A stretch of DNA of 64,000 bases from Nymphaea colorata (taxonomy: Eukaryota): NCBI RefSeq assembly GCF_008831285.2, contig NC_045138.2, positions 12,090,001 to 12,154,000 of the forward strand, in the 5' to 3' direction. The notes under the pieces are model-generated. The model was not told the DNA's origin. It did not search any database and worked only from the letters and a program-made list of their open reading frames with translations. The translations under genes and the position numbers were made by a program. This document shows, one piece after another, positions 1-11,837 of the stretch. Position 1 is the first letter of the stretch. Each line of letters opens with the position of its first letter.

Positions 1-2180
1 CCATACAATGCCTTTCTGAGATAAAGAACTTTGCCTTTAGGTACATCTAGCCTAGGGGGTGAGTCCATGTATACCTCCTCATTTAAGTAACCATTCAAAA
101 AAACATTTTTGACATCCAATTGATATATGGACCATTGTTTAATAGAAGCAACAACAATAAGAGCTCTAACAGAGGTCATACGAGCGACAGGGGCAAAAGT
201 TTCTTCGTAATCAATCCCATATTCTTGGGCATATCCTTTGGCAACAAGTCTAGCTTTATACCTTTCAATAGATCCATCACTTCTAGTTTTGATTTTGTAA
301 ACCCACCTACATCCTATTGTCTTTTTCCCGATAGGAAGAGACACAATGTCCCAAGTTTTATTATCATCAAGGGCTTTAAGTTCATTGTTCATGGCTTCAA
401 CCCAAAGTGGGTTAGTTTTGGCTTCAACATAGGATGAAGGTTCATCAAGAGAGTGAATAGCTAATAAGCAAGCTCTATGTTTTGGAGAAAAAGACTCGTA
501 GGAGACAAATTTTTGAGGTGGATGAATATCTCTTTCAGATCTCCTAAGAGTAGGTTGAGAATCTTGGATGTTTTGTTGAGACCTTCTCTCATAAACTATT
601 ACATCCCTTGGTGGTGGTCTATTAAAAGAAGTGCTATCAACCTCATTTATAGCATCATCATATGAAGAGTGCAAAACATCATCATCATCATTATCATAAT
701 CATCATCTTTTATCCATAAAAAGGAATATTCATCTTCATGCTTGGGTTTATTTTCATTAAAGCCATTTTCTTCTTCTAAAAAAATCACATTTCTAGAAAC
801 ATAGACCTTATCTTTTTCAATATCATAGCATCTATATCCTTTTTGAGTTTCGGAATAGCCAATAAAGACACATTGAATAGCCCTAGATGAAAGTTTATCA
901 TTTTTGTCATTTAAAATGTAACATTTGCAACCAAAGACTTTGAATCTTTTATAAATTGGCTCCAAATTAAAAAGTTTTTGAAAAGGTGAAATATTTTCTA
1001 AAATTTTAGAGGGCATTCTATTAATCAAGTAAATGGATGTAAGAATTGCTTCAGCCCAAAAATTTTTTGATATAAGGAGAGCTCTTGTTGTTTCAAGAAT
1101 ATGTCTATGTTTTCTTTCGGCGATTCCGTTTTGTTGGGGGGTTTTGGGACAAGACTTTTGGTGTATAACTCCCTTTTCCTTTAGGAATTCTTCGAATTCA
1201 TTGGAAATGAATTCTCCTCCGGAATCACTTCTAAAAATTTTAAGGTTTGCACCAAATTGAGTTTTGATCATGTTGTAAAAGTTTTTGAAATTCAAAAAGA
1301 CTTCCGATTTGCGTTTAAGAAAGTAAACCCAAGCATAACGAGAGAAATCATCTACAAAAATGACATAATAAAGTAAACCACCTTTAGACATAATAGGAGC
1401 GGGACCCCATACATCCGAATGCACTAATTCAAAAGGTGCTTTTGCAACAAAATTTCTATTTCCAAAAGGTAAAGCCTTAATTTTGGCTTTAATACAATCA
1501 TCACATGAGATCATTTCTTTACATTTCTCTTCCAAAAAAGGGATACAAGACATTTTTCCTAAACTTGAATGTCCAAGTCTTTGATGCCAAATTTGGATGT
1601 CACTCTTCTTGACTACATTGCAAGTTAGGTTGGAAAGATCCAAATAATCAACATAGTAGAGATCATCTTTCCTAGAACCTTCCCCAATCGTCTTCTTGGA
1701 AAGATGGTCCTGTATCAAAAATTTATTTTGTGAGAAGACAATATCACATCCATGATTTGTTATTTGAGAAACCGACAAGAGATTTAAGTTAAGTTTGGGA
1801 ATGAATCTAACTTTTGGTATTTTGAAAACTTTTGAATCAAAATTTTGATCAATATTCCCAACACATCTGATTTCAAGAGGAGTTCCATCGGCGGTTTTAA
1901 CAAAAGGGCACGATTCCTCCTTAGTGCATTCGGTAAGTAATGAACTACAAGGGGTCATATGAAAAGAAGCTCCAGAATCAAGAATCCAAGAGTACTTACT
2001 TGAAGATGTAGATGCTATCGTTGCTCCGGAAGTTGGAGAAGTCCCTTTCCCTTTGAGTAGTGGTTGAAGAGCATCAATAAGCTTGTCTACGTCAAATCGA
2101 TTGCTTTCTTCATACATTGTCCCAGCCACACTTGTCTTTTTGTCAAATCTCCTCAATTTAGGACACCTAGGTTTAGTGTG
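1..2180 (-). CDS. Copia pol (PR-INT-RT), partial, in frame with gag
   Basis: Motifs WILDSGASFHM, VDDFSR, QQNGIAERK, CVFIGYS, LVAKGY, LDVKNVFLNG. The frame appears to run off the window edge. Confidence 0.9.
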
Positions 2181-2999
2181 TCATTCTTCTTGACAATGGA
2201 AACATATAATCTTCTTGTTGCCATTATTCTCATAATTTCGATTAAAATGAGGAGGTCTATAAGTTCTCATATGAGCGCCGGGTCTTGAAGTAGCAAGAAC
2301 ACTTTCACTCTTTTCTTTACAAAAATTGAGTCTATTCTCCTCCATTTGAAGCTCGGCTATGGCTTCATTCATAGATGGCACCTTATGTCTATGAAGCAAG
2401 GAAGTTTTGACTCCATCATATTCCGGTCTAAGACCAAGAATGAATTTATAAAATTTTTCCCTTTGGATTTGTTTTTCCCTCACTCCAATGTCTCTTGGAT
2501 CATACCATTCGGGTTCAAATAGGGCAAGTTCGTCCCATAATTGCTCAATTTCTCCAACGTATTGCTTAATGGACTTATCTCCTTGTTGGAGACTTGCAAT
2601 CTTCATTTGAAGATTGCACATGTAAGCCACATCTTTCATAGTGTGGGTTTTCTTGAGGAAATCCCAAGCATCATGAGCAAAATTATGTTTTGCTATTTGG
2701 CCCATAGTTGTAGTATCAACACAAGCAATAATCCAAGTGATAATCTTGTGATGTCCTATCTTCCACTCTTCCCATTTTCTCTCGTATTCACTCATGACCT
2801 TGTCTTTTTCCACTCCATCTAGTTCTTGGGCTTTACCATCTATGGTTTTGGTTAGGACTAATTGAGGTTCACTTTTAGATCCATCAACAAGTCCCCATAA
2901 GCCTTTACTTCTAATGAAATGTTCCATAGTTTTTGCCCAAGAAACATAGTTTGATGAAGTAAGTTTAGGGAGAGGAGTAGAAGAATTTTTTTCATCCAT
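2181..2999 (-). CDS. Copia gag, ended by a premature TGA inside the zinc knuckle
   Basis: MDEKNSSTPLPKLTSSNYVSW...LQQGDKSIKQY...FILGLRPEY. The same frame resumes after the stop into protease. Confidence 0.9.
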   Translation of the reverse strand: MDEKNSSTPLPKLTSSNYVSWAKTMEHFIRSKGLWGLVDGSKSEPQLVLTKTIDGKAQELDGVEKDKVMSEYERKWEEWKIGHHKIITWIIACVDTTTMGQIAKHNFAHDAWDFLKKTHTMKDVAYMCNLQMKIASLQQGDKSIKQYVGEIEQLWDELALFEPEWYDPRDIGVREKQIQREKFYKFILGLRPEYDGVKTSLLHRHKVPSMNEAIAELQMEENRLNFCKEKSESVLATSRPGAHMRTYRPPHFNRNYENNGNKKIICFHCQEE

Positions 3000-3303
3000 A
3001 ATGTGTACCTTGTAGAGGAGACGTTGAGGTAGTGCTAGGATGAAAAACAACCACAAAAAAAAGAAGAAGCTTTTGATGTGCCAAAAACTGCTTCAATCTT
3101 CACCTCAAGGAAGCTTGATCCCGTCACAAATATCACCAAAAGAGGTCAGCAAACAAAACCCTCTTGTGTTTGTGTTAAATCACAGCCGACAATACATCGA
3201 ACACTTGGAGTGCTTCACAGCTCCAAAGAAAGAGTAATAGCTGAATCTTCAAGTCTTGAAAAAAAACAGCACGACAAAGAGCCACAACCTTGCTCTGATA
3301 CCA

Positions 3304-3810
3304 TGTAAATCAGGCCCAAATTCGAGAATACAAATGCTTCAAGAGATACACTCTTGAAGATCCCAACAACTTCAATAGATAATGCAAAGCCAAACCTCAA
3401 ACTTGAGGAGAAGATACCAAATATATTAATCTCAAGAGAAGAATACACAAGAGAGGCCAAAAAGCCTTAAAAGAACAAAGGTCCCAAGTGCCCTATTTAT
3501 AGAGGAAGTATATAAGAAAGGAGGAAGAAAAGAGGAAGAGGAAGTGGCTGTTGGGGCTCCCAACGGCTAGATTTCTAGCCGTTGGGAACTCCCAACAGCT
3601 ACTTCCTTTCATAATAAAAAAAGGAAAAGAAAAAGGTTTAGAAAAAGACATGAAAAATAAAGACAAAATAAATACAAAAAGTTACAAAAAGTCCTATGCA
3701 TACACACATACATTTATATATACAAATCATACATCAAACTGCTAGGAGTTTAAGATATATGATAGTAGATACAAAAACATATATGTATACTTACATTATA
3801 AATTCTAACA
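3304..3810 (-). repeat. 5' LTR of the copia element (507 bp)
   Basis: TG...CA termini, adjacent to the PBS, TATA-like CTATAAATAG at 3501->3492. Confidence 0.85.
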
Positions 3811-5005
3811 GATATGATTGTTACAGGTGATGATAAGGAAGAGATAGCAAGATTAAAGGGTTTACTATCTACTGAATTTGATCTAAAAGATCTTGGTAAG
3901 CTGAAGTATTTCCTGGGTATTGAAATTGCTAGATCAGGTACAACTCTTGTACTTAGTCAAAGGAAGTATATCCTGGATCTACTGAAGGAGACAGGAAAGC
4001 ACAGCCTCTACTCCTATAGATGCTGGGCATAAACTTGGTAGCAAAGATGGAGAACTGTTGTGTGAAGAAGCTAAAGGGAGATATCAACGTCTAGTTGGCA
4101 AACTGATTTATCTCACTCTAACTAGACCTGATATCACATTTGCTGTAAATGTGATGAGCCAGTTCATGCATGCACCTACAGATATGCACTTGAAGGCTGT
4201 AGATAGAATTCTGTGCTACGTGAAGAAGAATCCCGGAAAGGGACTTCTATATGTGCAACAAAGATCTCTTGAAATTGAAGGGTATTCTGATGCAGACTGG
4301 GCAGGTTGTGTTGACACCAGAAGATCTACTTCAGGGTACTGCGTCTACTTGGGGGGAAATTTAGTTGTTTGGAGAAGCAAGAGACAAGGTGTGTGTTCCC
4401 GCTCGAGTGCAGAGGCTGAATATAGGGCTGTGGCTACTGGGGTATCAGAATTGTTATGGCTGAAGATCTTATTGACAGATATTGGAATAGAGATTGAAGG
4501 GCCTATGAGGATGTATTGTGATAACAAGTCTGCAATTAACTTGGCTAACAACCCGGTTCTTCATGATCGAACAAAGCATGTGGAGATTGACCGTCACTTC
4601 ATCAGAGAAAGAATTGATGCTAAGGAATTAACACTACCATACATAAAGTCTGAAGATCAAACTGCTGATATCCTAACCAAGACCTTAAGTGTAACTCCAT
4701 TTGAGAGAAATGTATCCAAGTTGGGCATGTTTGATATGTATGCCCAACTTGAGGGGGAGTGTTGACGAGTTTTGTTGTCTGGGTCCGGATCCTTACCCGA
4801 TCCGGTTTGTCCTAATTAGGACTACTTATATCTCTGTAAACCCTAATCTTTGTGTTAATGAAGTTTCTAAGAGAGAGAGTGTCTGGCTGCTAGTGGGCGT
4901 CAGACCTCCTCACCCGTGGTTTTTCTTCCCTCGTGTTGAGGGTTTTCCATGTTACCTTGGTGTGCTTTCTTCGACTCTCGTGCATGCTTTATTTCTACAT
5001 CATCA
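3811..5005 (+). mobile_element. Second Ty1/copia element: RT C-terminus, RNase H, PPT and 3' LTR
   Basis: DMIVTGDD, DLGKLKYFLGIE, YSDADWAG, SSAEAEYRA, CDNKSAI, HDRTKHVEID. Frameshift near 4000. PPT GAGGGGGAG at 4751-4759. LTR about 4760-5005 (TGTTGA...CATCA). Confidence 0.95.
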
Positions 5006-5320
5006 ATAAGAATAAAAGTATTACATACATAGACAAATAATACTTTTCATGAGAGGACTAAATAAATTGAAATGGAATGCCACTACGTTTGAGAAAAATG
5101 TTTAAGAATGTAGTTACCTTAAATTACAGCAGAATTCCAATTGGCAGATCTTCTTCACCAAGACTTTGGTCAGATTTTTGTTGATGTCATCATATGTGAG
5201 TTGCAAAACTTCTGGATAGGTATCCTCCACCTTAAACTGAATTCTTTCTGGTTTAGCATGAAAAAAAATTATGCCATGGGATGAAAGAAAATTCCGAATC
5301 AGCTTTGTCCACGTGGAGGG

Positions 5321-6693
5321 CTATGTCACATGAGTGCGGGGTGCGGGTGCCGGAGCAGCACATCCCAAAAAATTTAGGTGCGGCGGTGCAGCTAGGATAT
5401 TTTTTTTATTATCATTATATATATATAACAACATGAGCATGTATATATTATTATTATAATTTAGTTATTAATGTATATAACATACTTGCATAATTGTATT
5501 GCATATGAAAATATCAGAGCAACATATATTATATATAGTAATTTAGTAATATAACATACTAACAATCTAACATAGAGCATACAAAAAATGATAGAATCAT
5601 AGACACAGAAATTGAAAAATTTGAAATTAAAACTTCAAAAGAACAACATTGACCACAGCTGGTCTGCTGCATAATGCATATATACAAAAGCTTATATTAT
5701 ATATTATAAGTTTATAACATGATAATATATCACTATATCAGTTGCAAAGTATATATACATGGCTGCATATGTACACGGCTGACAATATATATTTGTTAGT
5801 TGAACTTTCAAACTTTTATAGTAGATTCAAGAACAACTGAACAAGCATCTAAATAAAATGCTTAAATGTATACAACAATAATAGCAATTGCAGTCCAACA
5901 CTCAGCAGTGTATACCACAGTCCACAAAACTACAGAAGTAGAAAACATGAGAAGTTGAGAACCGTATACTCTTTAGGCATATAGGCTCTATACCACGATA
6001 GCATGATATGAAAGTATCAAATAGCAGTAAAATTGACTTAAAAAAGATGCAATGAAAGACAAACACACAAGGCACAGCAAGAAAACAAACAAATGGAGTG
6101 ATTCCTCATGCTGGAATCTAGCGTGTGGTAGCGTTATGGTGGGTTCAGAGTCTTCAGCTTCAATCTGTTTGTTTTCCGACGGATTTGGGTGGAGACACAG
6201 CGGCTTTTGTCATTGTAAGAGATGGCAATGGTGGAGTCGCATTTCCACAATGCCTCTCGTCGCTGGAAGAAAGTTGAAGACTACTGCCGCTTATGGAAGA
6301 TTGCCGCCGGCCACTAGAAAAATGTGAAGATCGTCGAGAGGAGCAGGCTGCACTGCAGGGCATGGGTAAAGGTAGCAGGGGTGAGGACTTCGACTGAAAA
6401 GAGTTAAAGCCCTAACCCTCTTTTTGTTAATGTTTTAACAAATTAAAACAAAAAACCAATAAATGGGACACATTTAGACCGAATGCAGGTTGACTGCACC
6501 CAACTCGAGTTTGATGCGAGTCAAGTGCATGTCATAATTGGACGTATATAGTTTGGTGTGGCTGACTGCATCTGACTCGTGTTGACTGGGCTTGAGTGCG
6601 AGTCGGAGCCGCACCCGTTCCCGCACCCGCACCAGCACCCGAGTCGCATCAACTCGGGTGCGGCAGCAAAATAGAAGAGTTTATGTGACTTAG
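5321..6693. mobile_element. Non-autonomous hAT-like DNA transposon
   Basis: TIRs CTATGTCACAT / ATGTGACTTAG, subterminal GGGTGCG/CGCACCC repeats, 8 bp flanks GTGGAGGG / ATGGAGAG (6/8 match). Confidence 0.65.
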
Positions 6694-7149
6694 ATGGAGA
6701 GAAGCTATAGGTAATGCAACTATGAATCTCATGGAGAATTTGATCGTATCTTAGAAGGAACACTAGTGACATGCTCCTAATCTCTTGTATAAAAGATAAA
6801 ACATCATAGATGTTCAAAAAATCCATAATGTAAAGATGTTCCCTTTTAGAGCTTTTCCCAGGCCACCTTTTAAACTGGTGATTCTGTATACCTCTAGATG
6901 AGGAAATGCTACACTTATTATTGGCAGTTTGAGCTACTAACAAAAAAATTTAGATCCAACTTTGGTACATCTAATTTTGAGGATTTTGAAACTTTTGTTT
7001 CCAAAGTTCTTTTAAAACATTACTTTGGTATTAAAAAATGTTCCATCCACTGTATAAAACAAAAGAAGGACAAATATTGGTGCAACGATTGGGAGGAAAG
7101 TTTCGGTTTGGGGTCATATGAAAGCCGACCTCCAAATCATTGATACAAG

Positions 7150-8490
7150 ATCTTATATTGAGAGAAGATATGGCTGGTATGGCGGATATAGCCTTCATTG
7201 TTGCACCCTTCTTTTCATCTTCTCTTGGTTTTAGATGCCTAGGTTTGGTGTGTAACTTTGCTAGATTGATAACAATCAATTTTCTTCTTTCCTTCATAAC
7301 TTTTGCTTAGAATGAGGAGGTCTATTCAATCTTGAAATGAAAAAAAGTACTATTTTTAATCTTAAGTTCTATAAAGTCTATTTCCTTTCGGAACAAGTTC
7401 AGCTAATACTTCATGACTTGATGGAACACCTCTTTTACGGAGGAGGGCAGTTCTCACCCCATCAATTCGGGCCTTAGCCCAACGACGAACTTTGTATAAT
7501 TGTTCTTACTTGCATTTGTTTTTGTCGAAGACCATATCATGAGCATCATGCCTTTCTAAGTCTGAAAAAGCAAGCTCATCGCAAGGTTGGGTAACGGCTA
7601 CCATATATTCCTGAATGGTCTTATTGTCTTGATGCAGACTCATAATTTGTTGCTGAAGGTTGAATTTGTGTGCAACACATCTTTCATAGTGTGAGTTTCC
7701 GTAAGATAGGTTCAAGCTTTCTATCGAGAAAGTCAAGACATAACCGTTCAAGTCTTCCATTTTTTTTTATCTTGGTCATTAATGGCCTTCTATTTCTCAA
7801 GTTCAAAGGTCCCATCATCCGCCTCTTTTTGTAAGAGATAAATTTGTTTCCATTTCCATTCCTTCTATAAAGCCCCAAAATCCTCTATCACTAATATGAC
7901 ATTTCATGGTGGATGCACATTTACATACTTGGCAATGGAGAGCTTTGAGAAAGATATAGTGGTGAATTATGTCCTCCTATCTAAAGTAAAACAGAAGGGA
8001 AGAGGACAAACCTTTTATGTGGAGAGCACATGAGCACACACTTGATAAAGGATCACAAAGGTGAGCTCAAGTTGTCTCCAACCAATTCACAAGCATTCAA
8101 CAACATGATTCTTGAGGTAAGATAAAAGAACACTTTTCACGATCTGTGAAGCTCTAATACCATGTGGAGAAATGACTTCTTTAATGAAGGTCCTCTCACA
8201 CTAAAAAAGAAAGGTATTTCACAAATATCCTCACAACTCTCTACACCAAGAGCTTTAGAAGCTTCCAAGATGTTCACCAAAGCACATACATGGGATGATC
8301 AAAAGCCCAAAAGAGATGTTATAGGATATTCCAATTTCCGAGAAGCTTTACAAGAAACAAGGAGAGAACCCTTATAATACACCAAAGAGAAAGGAGCAGC
8401 CACTAGAGACCAGCCAATGGCTAGCTCGAACACACGGGAAAGGAAAAAAAAATAAAAAAAATTGAAAACTAATTACCCTAAGGATGCCAG
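7150..8490 (-). mobile_element. Degraded copia remnant (LTR, PBS, gag) related to the first element
   Basis: PBS-like TGGTATTAGAGC at 8162->8151 next to an LTR edge at 8163. Gag fragments LQQQIMSLHQDNKTIQEY and HTKPRHLK. The far LTR end is uncertain. Confidence 0.75.
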
Positions 8491-8721
8491 AGTTATGAGA
8501 GAAGTTGTCGTTGTTAGGGTCAGGTTACATTGATTCTATTTACCCAGTTAAAGGAGTTAAAGGTGTGGCGAGGGGAGGCACAATTGCTCCCAAGTTTTTT
8601 GAAATTGCTCCACACCCAAATGTGCACCTGTACACATACTTAAATGATGTGCTATTGGGTAGATGCATATCTTCTTTATTAATTCTAATGACTGTGACTC
8701 ATTTCATGCTCTTAAATGCAG

Positions 8722-8802
8722 CCATTGCTAAATATTTTCCACTCAGAACCAGGAAATAGCTTGTGGAAATGCAAAGTAGATGCTGCTATGCGTCAATGCA
8801 AG
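8722..8802 (+). CDS. Penultimate coding exon of a DusA-like tRNA-dihydrouridine synthase
   Basis: TGCAG|CCATTG...TGCAAG|GTATG, 81 nt, phase 0. Encodes PLLNIFHSEPGNSLWKCKVDAAMRQCK, which matches the recalled C-terminal region of plant DusA proteins. Confidence 0.8.
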
Positions 8803-9075
8803 GTATGCCATAAGAAGTAGTTCTTCTCTGGTCTTTGCTAGAACAGTTGCGTTTTTCTTTTGCCAGAGTATGCTGTATAGATGCACTTAAAATCTTTTCT
8901 ATGGTAGATTGCATAAGTTTCCATATTCCATTATCTGATTCCTCCATAAATTTGTCTATTGTGTTTCTTGCTCTTGATATCGAAAAGAATATCACATCTG
9001 TCTTTAAACTTTTAAAGTCATTCATGATACACATTATTCCATCGAAGTCATTCCCTCTTCTGTGAGGGGAAAGTT

Positions 9076-9151
9076 CAAAAGAAGGAAGTGATGGGAAACA
9101 TGTATGCACTCAACAAAAGAAGGAAGTGATGGGAAACATGTATGCACTCAA
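9076..9151. repeat. Perfect 38 bp tandem duplication in an intron
   Basis: CAAAAGAAGGAAGTGATGGGAAACATGTATGCACTCAA twice. Confidence 0.95.
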
Positions 9152-9410
9152 GGCAGATCATTTAGCCCATATTTCTTCAGCTTCAGTTTGTGCTCCTCTC
9201 TGGAGTCATTGGAGCAAGTAACAAGACTCTCCTTTAATTGCCTATTAGTTTTTTCTAATTGTCTAAATGGTGATAAGTTGATTTTATGGCATGAGCATCT
9301 TGGTCAGTGTAGTCCTTTTCTTCAAAGACAGGTCTGACAATTTGATTCCTATGTCAGGCTTGAGTTCAGAGTTTGATGAGAAGTGCTCGGTTTGTTGGAT
9401 ATGTAAGAGT

Positions 9411-9603
9411 TGTTGAACAAGGCTGAGGAAGAAAGAGTAAAATCAATCTTTCATTAACCCTAATCTCTGATTAAAAGAGATTAAGGGTTGACAGCCAGAA
9501 TTACAAAGAAGTCCATACAAAAATTAAAAAGAAAGAATATGACCTATGGAATTTCTTAAAATTCCACAGCGCTACCTAAGCTCAATAACATAACTTTCTA
9601 ACA
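9411..9603. mobile_element. Probable solo LTR (193 bp)
   Basis: TGTTGA...CTAACA termini; 5 bp flanks AGAGT / AGAAT. Confidence 0.6.
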
Positions 9604-9937
9604 AGAATCATGTCTTACCTTTTATTCCAATAAAAGCTTCATGACCCTTTGGAATTGTTTACTTCGATGTATGGAGACCTGTTCTCCAACGATCTCCATA
9701 TGGAAGCTAAGACTATGTTTATTTAATTGATAATTTTTCTTAATATACCTCGATATAAAAGCTCAAATATGAGGTGTTTGAACTTTTTTCACGTACTTTC
9801 ATCTGTCAACAATAGATTCTTTTACTCGTGCAGCATTTCCATAATGATGGTGGTGGTGAATGCTCTTCTAATGTCTGCTAAGAGACATGTTGTATTTGAT
9901 AATATTTGGATCTGGATCAAATGTTGATTCCAATCCC

Positions 9938-10145
9938 TGTTAGTTATAATATGTGTACATCTATTTTCTAAATTCCCTACCGTGTAAGGGTATTGTAAAA
10001 AGTTCTTATCAGGGTGTGACACCTTTTACTTAAAGGTCCATAATGTCTGCCTGATTGAGACGTATTGCTTTCAGCCTCTGCTCTCATCCTTTTCAACTAT
10101 TTCTTCTATGGATCTCTCTTGAGGTTTCTCACATGGTACCAGAGC
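9938..10145 (+). mobile_element. Short LTR plus PBS of a truncated retroelement
   Basis: TGTTAG...CTCACA followed directly by TGGTACCAGAGC (tRNA-Met PBS with one mismatch). Confidence 0.65.
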
Positions 10146-10333
10146 AAATCTGGTCGTCGGATTGATTTGTTAGTCTGTTTTGCTGCTGAGCATTATACAC
10201 ACAACTTTGCTGCTGCTAGTCTGTTTTGCTGCTGAGTAATATACACTCCTTTACCTACTTTCATGGACTCATTTAAATTTTCTAAAGCCAAAGTCCTGCC
10301 CCACCAATTATATCTGCCATCCTATTGCATTAA

Positions 10334-10548
10334 CTATGTCACACAGACTCTTCAAAAAAGGTGGAACACTCACGTTGATGCAATGCAAGTGCGGGTGTGG
10401 GTGTGGCTCCAACTTGTACCCCAACCGTACCCTATGTTATTCTCTTTAGAAAAAAAAGTCCCTCTTTTTTTCTTCTCTCTTTCCCTCCTTTTCTTTATTT
10501 ACAGTAATAAAAGTAAAAAAAAAAGACAAATTAAGCTAAGAAACAACC

Positions 10549-10608
<60 letters not shown>

Positions 10609-10750
10609 TATAAATACATATATTTGTATATTATAATATATTTATCCATATATACCCTTGCCACACTCCCGCACCCTATTCTTTTGGGATGTGCCGCACC
10701 GGCTCCTGCACCCACACTAGCAGCCTTACCCCGCATCCATGTGACTGTGT
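10334..10750. mobile_element. MITE related to the 5321-6693 element
   Basis: CTATGTCACA start, ATGTGACTGTG end, same GTGCGGGTG/CCCGCACC subterminal motifs, internal (TA)n. Confidence 0.55.
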
Positions 10751-11012
10751 GACAGTTCAACTATGTCGCCTAATTGCTTGAGTGCTTTTTTAAATTCCTG
10801 CTGCAGGGTTGGTGCAGAGTATCTAAGATTATTTGTCAATTACGAGTAGTCTGTATAGATTGGATTTTGTGAAAGTTTGACACTAACAATCTACTGCTTT
10901 GACAAAAAATCCAGTCTAAATTATCAGAATTTGACAAAGTGGAGCAGTGTATTAGTAACTGGGCTTATAAAGTTTGTTTTGGTTTGTCAACTTGCCATGT
11001 TTTCTCATGCAG

Positions 11013-11183
11013 ACAGTGAAATCATTGCTTGAGGAGACTCTTGAAGCAATTCCGGACTCTATTTTAGATGCACCACTTGTCGGGCAGTCAGCTCAATACC
11101 AAACTGCTGCTTTCACCGATATCCATAGATTGATGCCCCTTCCCTACAAAGAAACAAGAAAGGAAGAAACTGTGTATGCTTGA
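11013..11183 (+). CDS. Terminal coding exon of the same DusA-like gene
   Basis: TGCAG|ACAGTG acceptor in phase with the previous exon. Encodes TVKSLLEETLEAIPDSILDAP...LMPLPYKETRKEETVYA*, like recalled plant DusA C-termini. Confidence 0.8.
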   Translation, partial: TVKSLLEETLEAIPDSILDAPLVGQSAQYQTAAFTDIHRLMPLPYKETRKEETVYA

Positions 11184-11530
11184 ACAGCAGGCGCAAGAAT
11201 GGTATTATTAGGTTAACCGTGCAGCTTGTGTGCATGTCTTCCTTCTGTGGGGTGTCGCTCTAGCTGTAGGGAACTCCTTTGTGCCTTGCTCGTGGCATGC
11301 TAATGTAATTTATATGTAAAATGACTCTTCAGGTAAGGCATAGATCGAATTATATGTATGTATATGTGAAAATGCGCTTGACTTGGGGCTATGCATAGAT
11401 TTGAATGATTTGTCTGGACCTGCATTATCATTTTTTGTGAACTAACACCATGGATGGAGGAAGGGCGAAACGAAAGGAAAGAAGAGTGGAAGAACAAAAA
11501 TATCACAGAAACTTGTTTATATACGTTAGC

Positions 11531-11533
<3 letters not shown>

Positions 11534-11603
<70 letters not shown>
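11534..11603. repeat. (CT)n(CA)n compound microsatellite
   Basis: Read directly from the sequence. Confidence 0.95.
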
Positions 11604-11607
<4 letters not shown>

Positions 11608-11837
11608 CTGGCCAGTCTGGAAACAAGTCCTTCATTCATTGTATTGCATTTTCATTCTCATATTCACCACCTCTTCAATATTCAGCACCTCGTCTTGAGT
11701 ACGTTAGAAAGCCATCCATGACAAAACAACCGGGTAAGGCATTTGCTGATATAGGGCCTTCAAAAGCTCATTGGTAGATATGTTTTGTTCATGTTGGGTA
11801 TTTCATGTGATACACCATTATATTCTACAATCGAATG

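Larger units (their letters stand above)
1..3810 (-). mobile_element. Ty1/copia LTR retrotransposon (5' LTR, PBS, gag, PR, INT, start of RT); continues beyond the window start
   Basis: 5' LTR 3810->3304 (TGTTAG...TACA). PBS TGGTATCAGAGC at 3303->3292. Gag with zinc knuckle CFHCQEE*HTKPRC, protease WILDSGASFHM (~1990-1958), integrase HQRLGH, SDVWGP, VDDFSR and QQNGIAERK, RT WVEAMNNEL...LDVKNVFLNG. Confidence 0.97.

Noticed and set aside
8786..9109. 107 aa minus-strand ORF with faint RNase H-like flavour
   Set aside because: It lies in the DusA intron, overlaps the exon antisense, and the similarity is too weak to call.
10807..10846. Possible extra exon after CTGCAG in the DusA intron
   Set aside because: The 8802 to 11013 join already gives a continuous DusA-like peptide.
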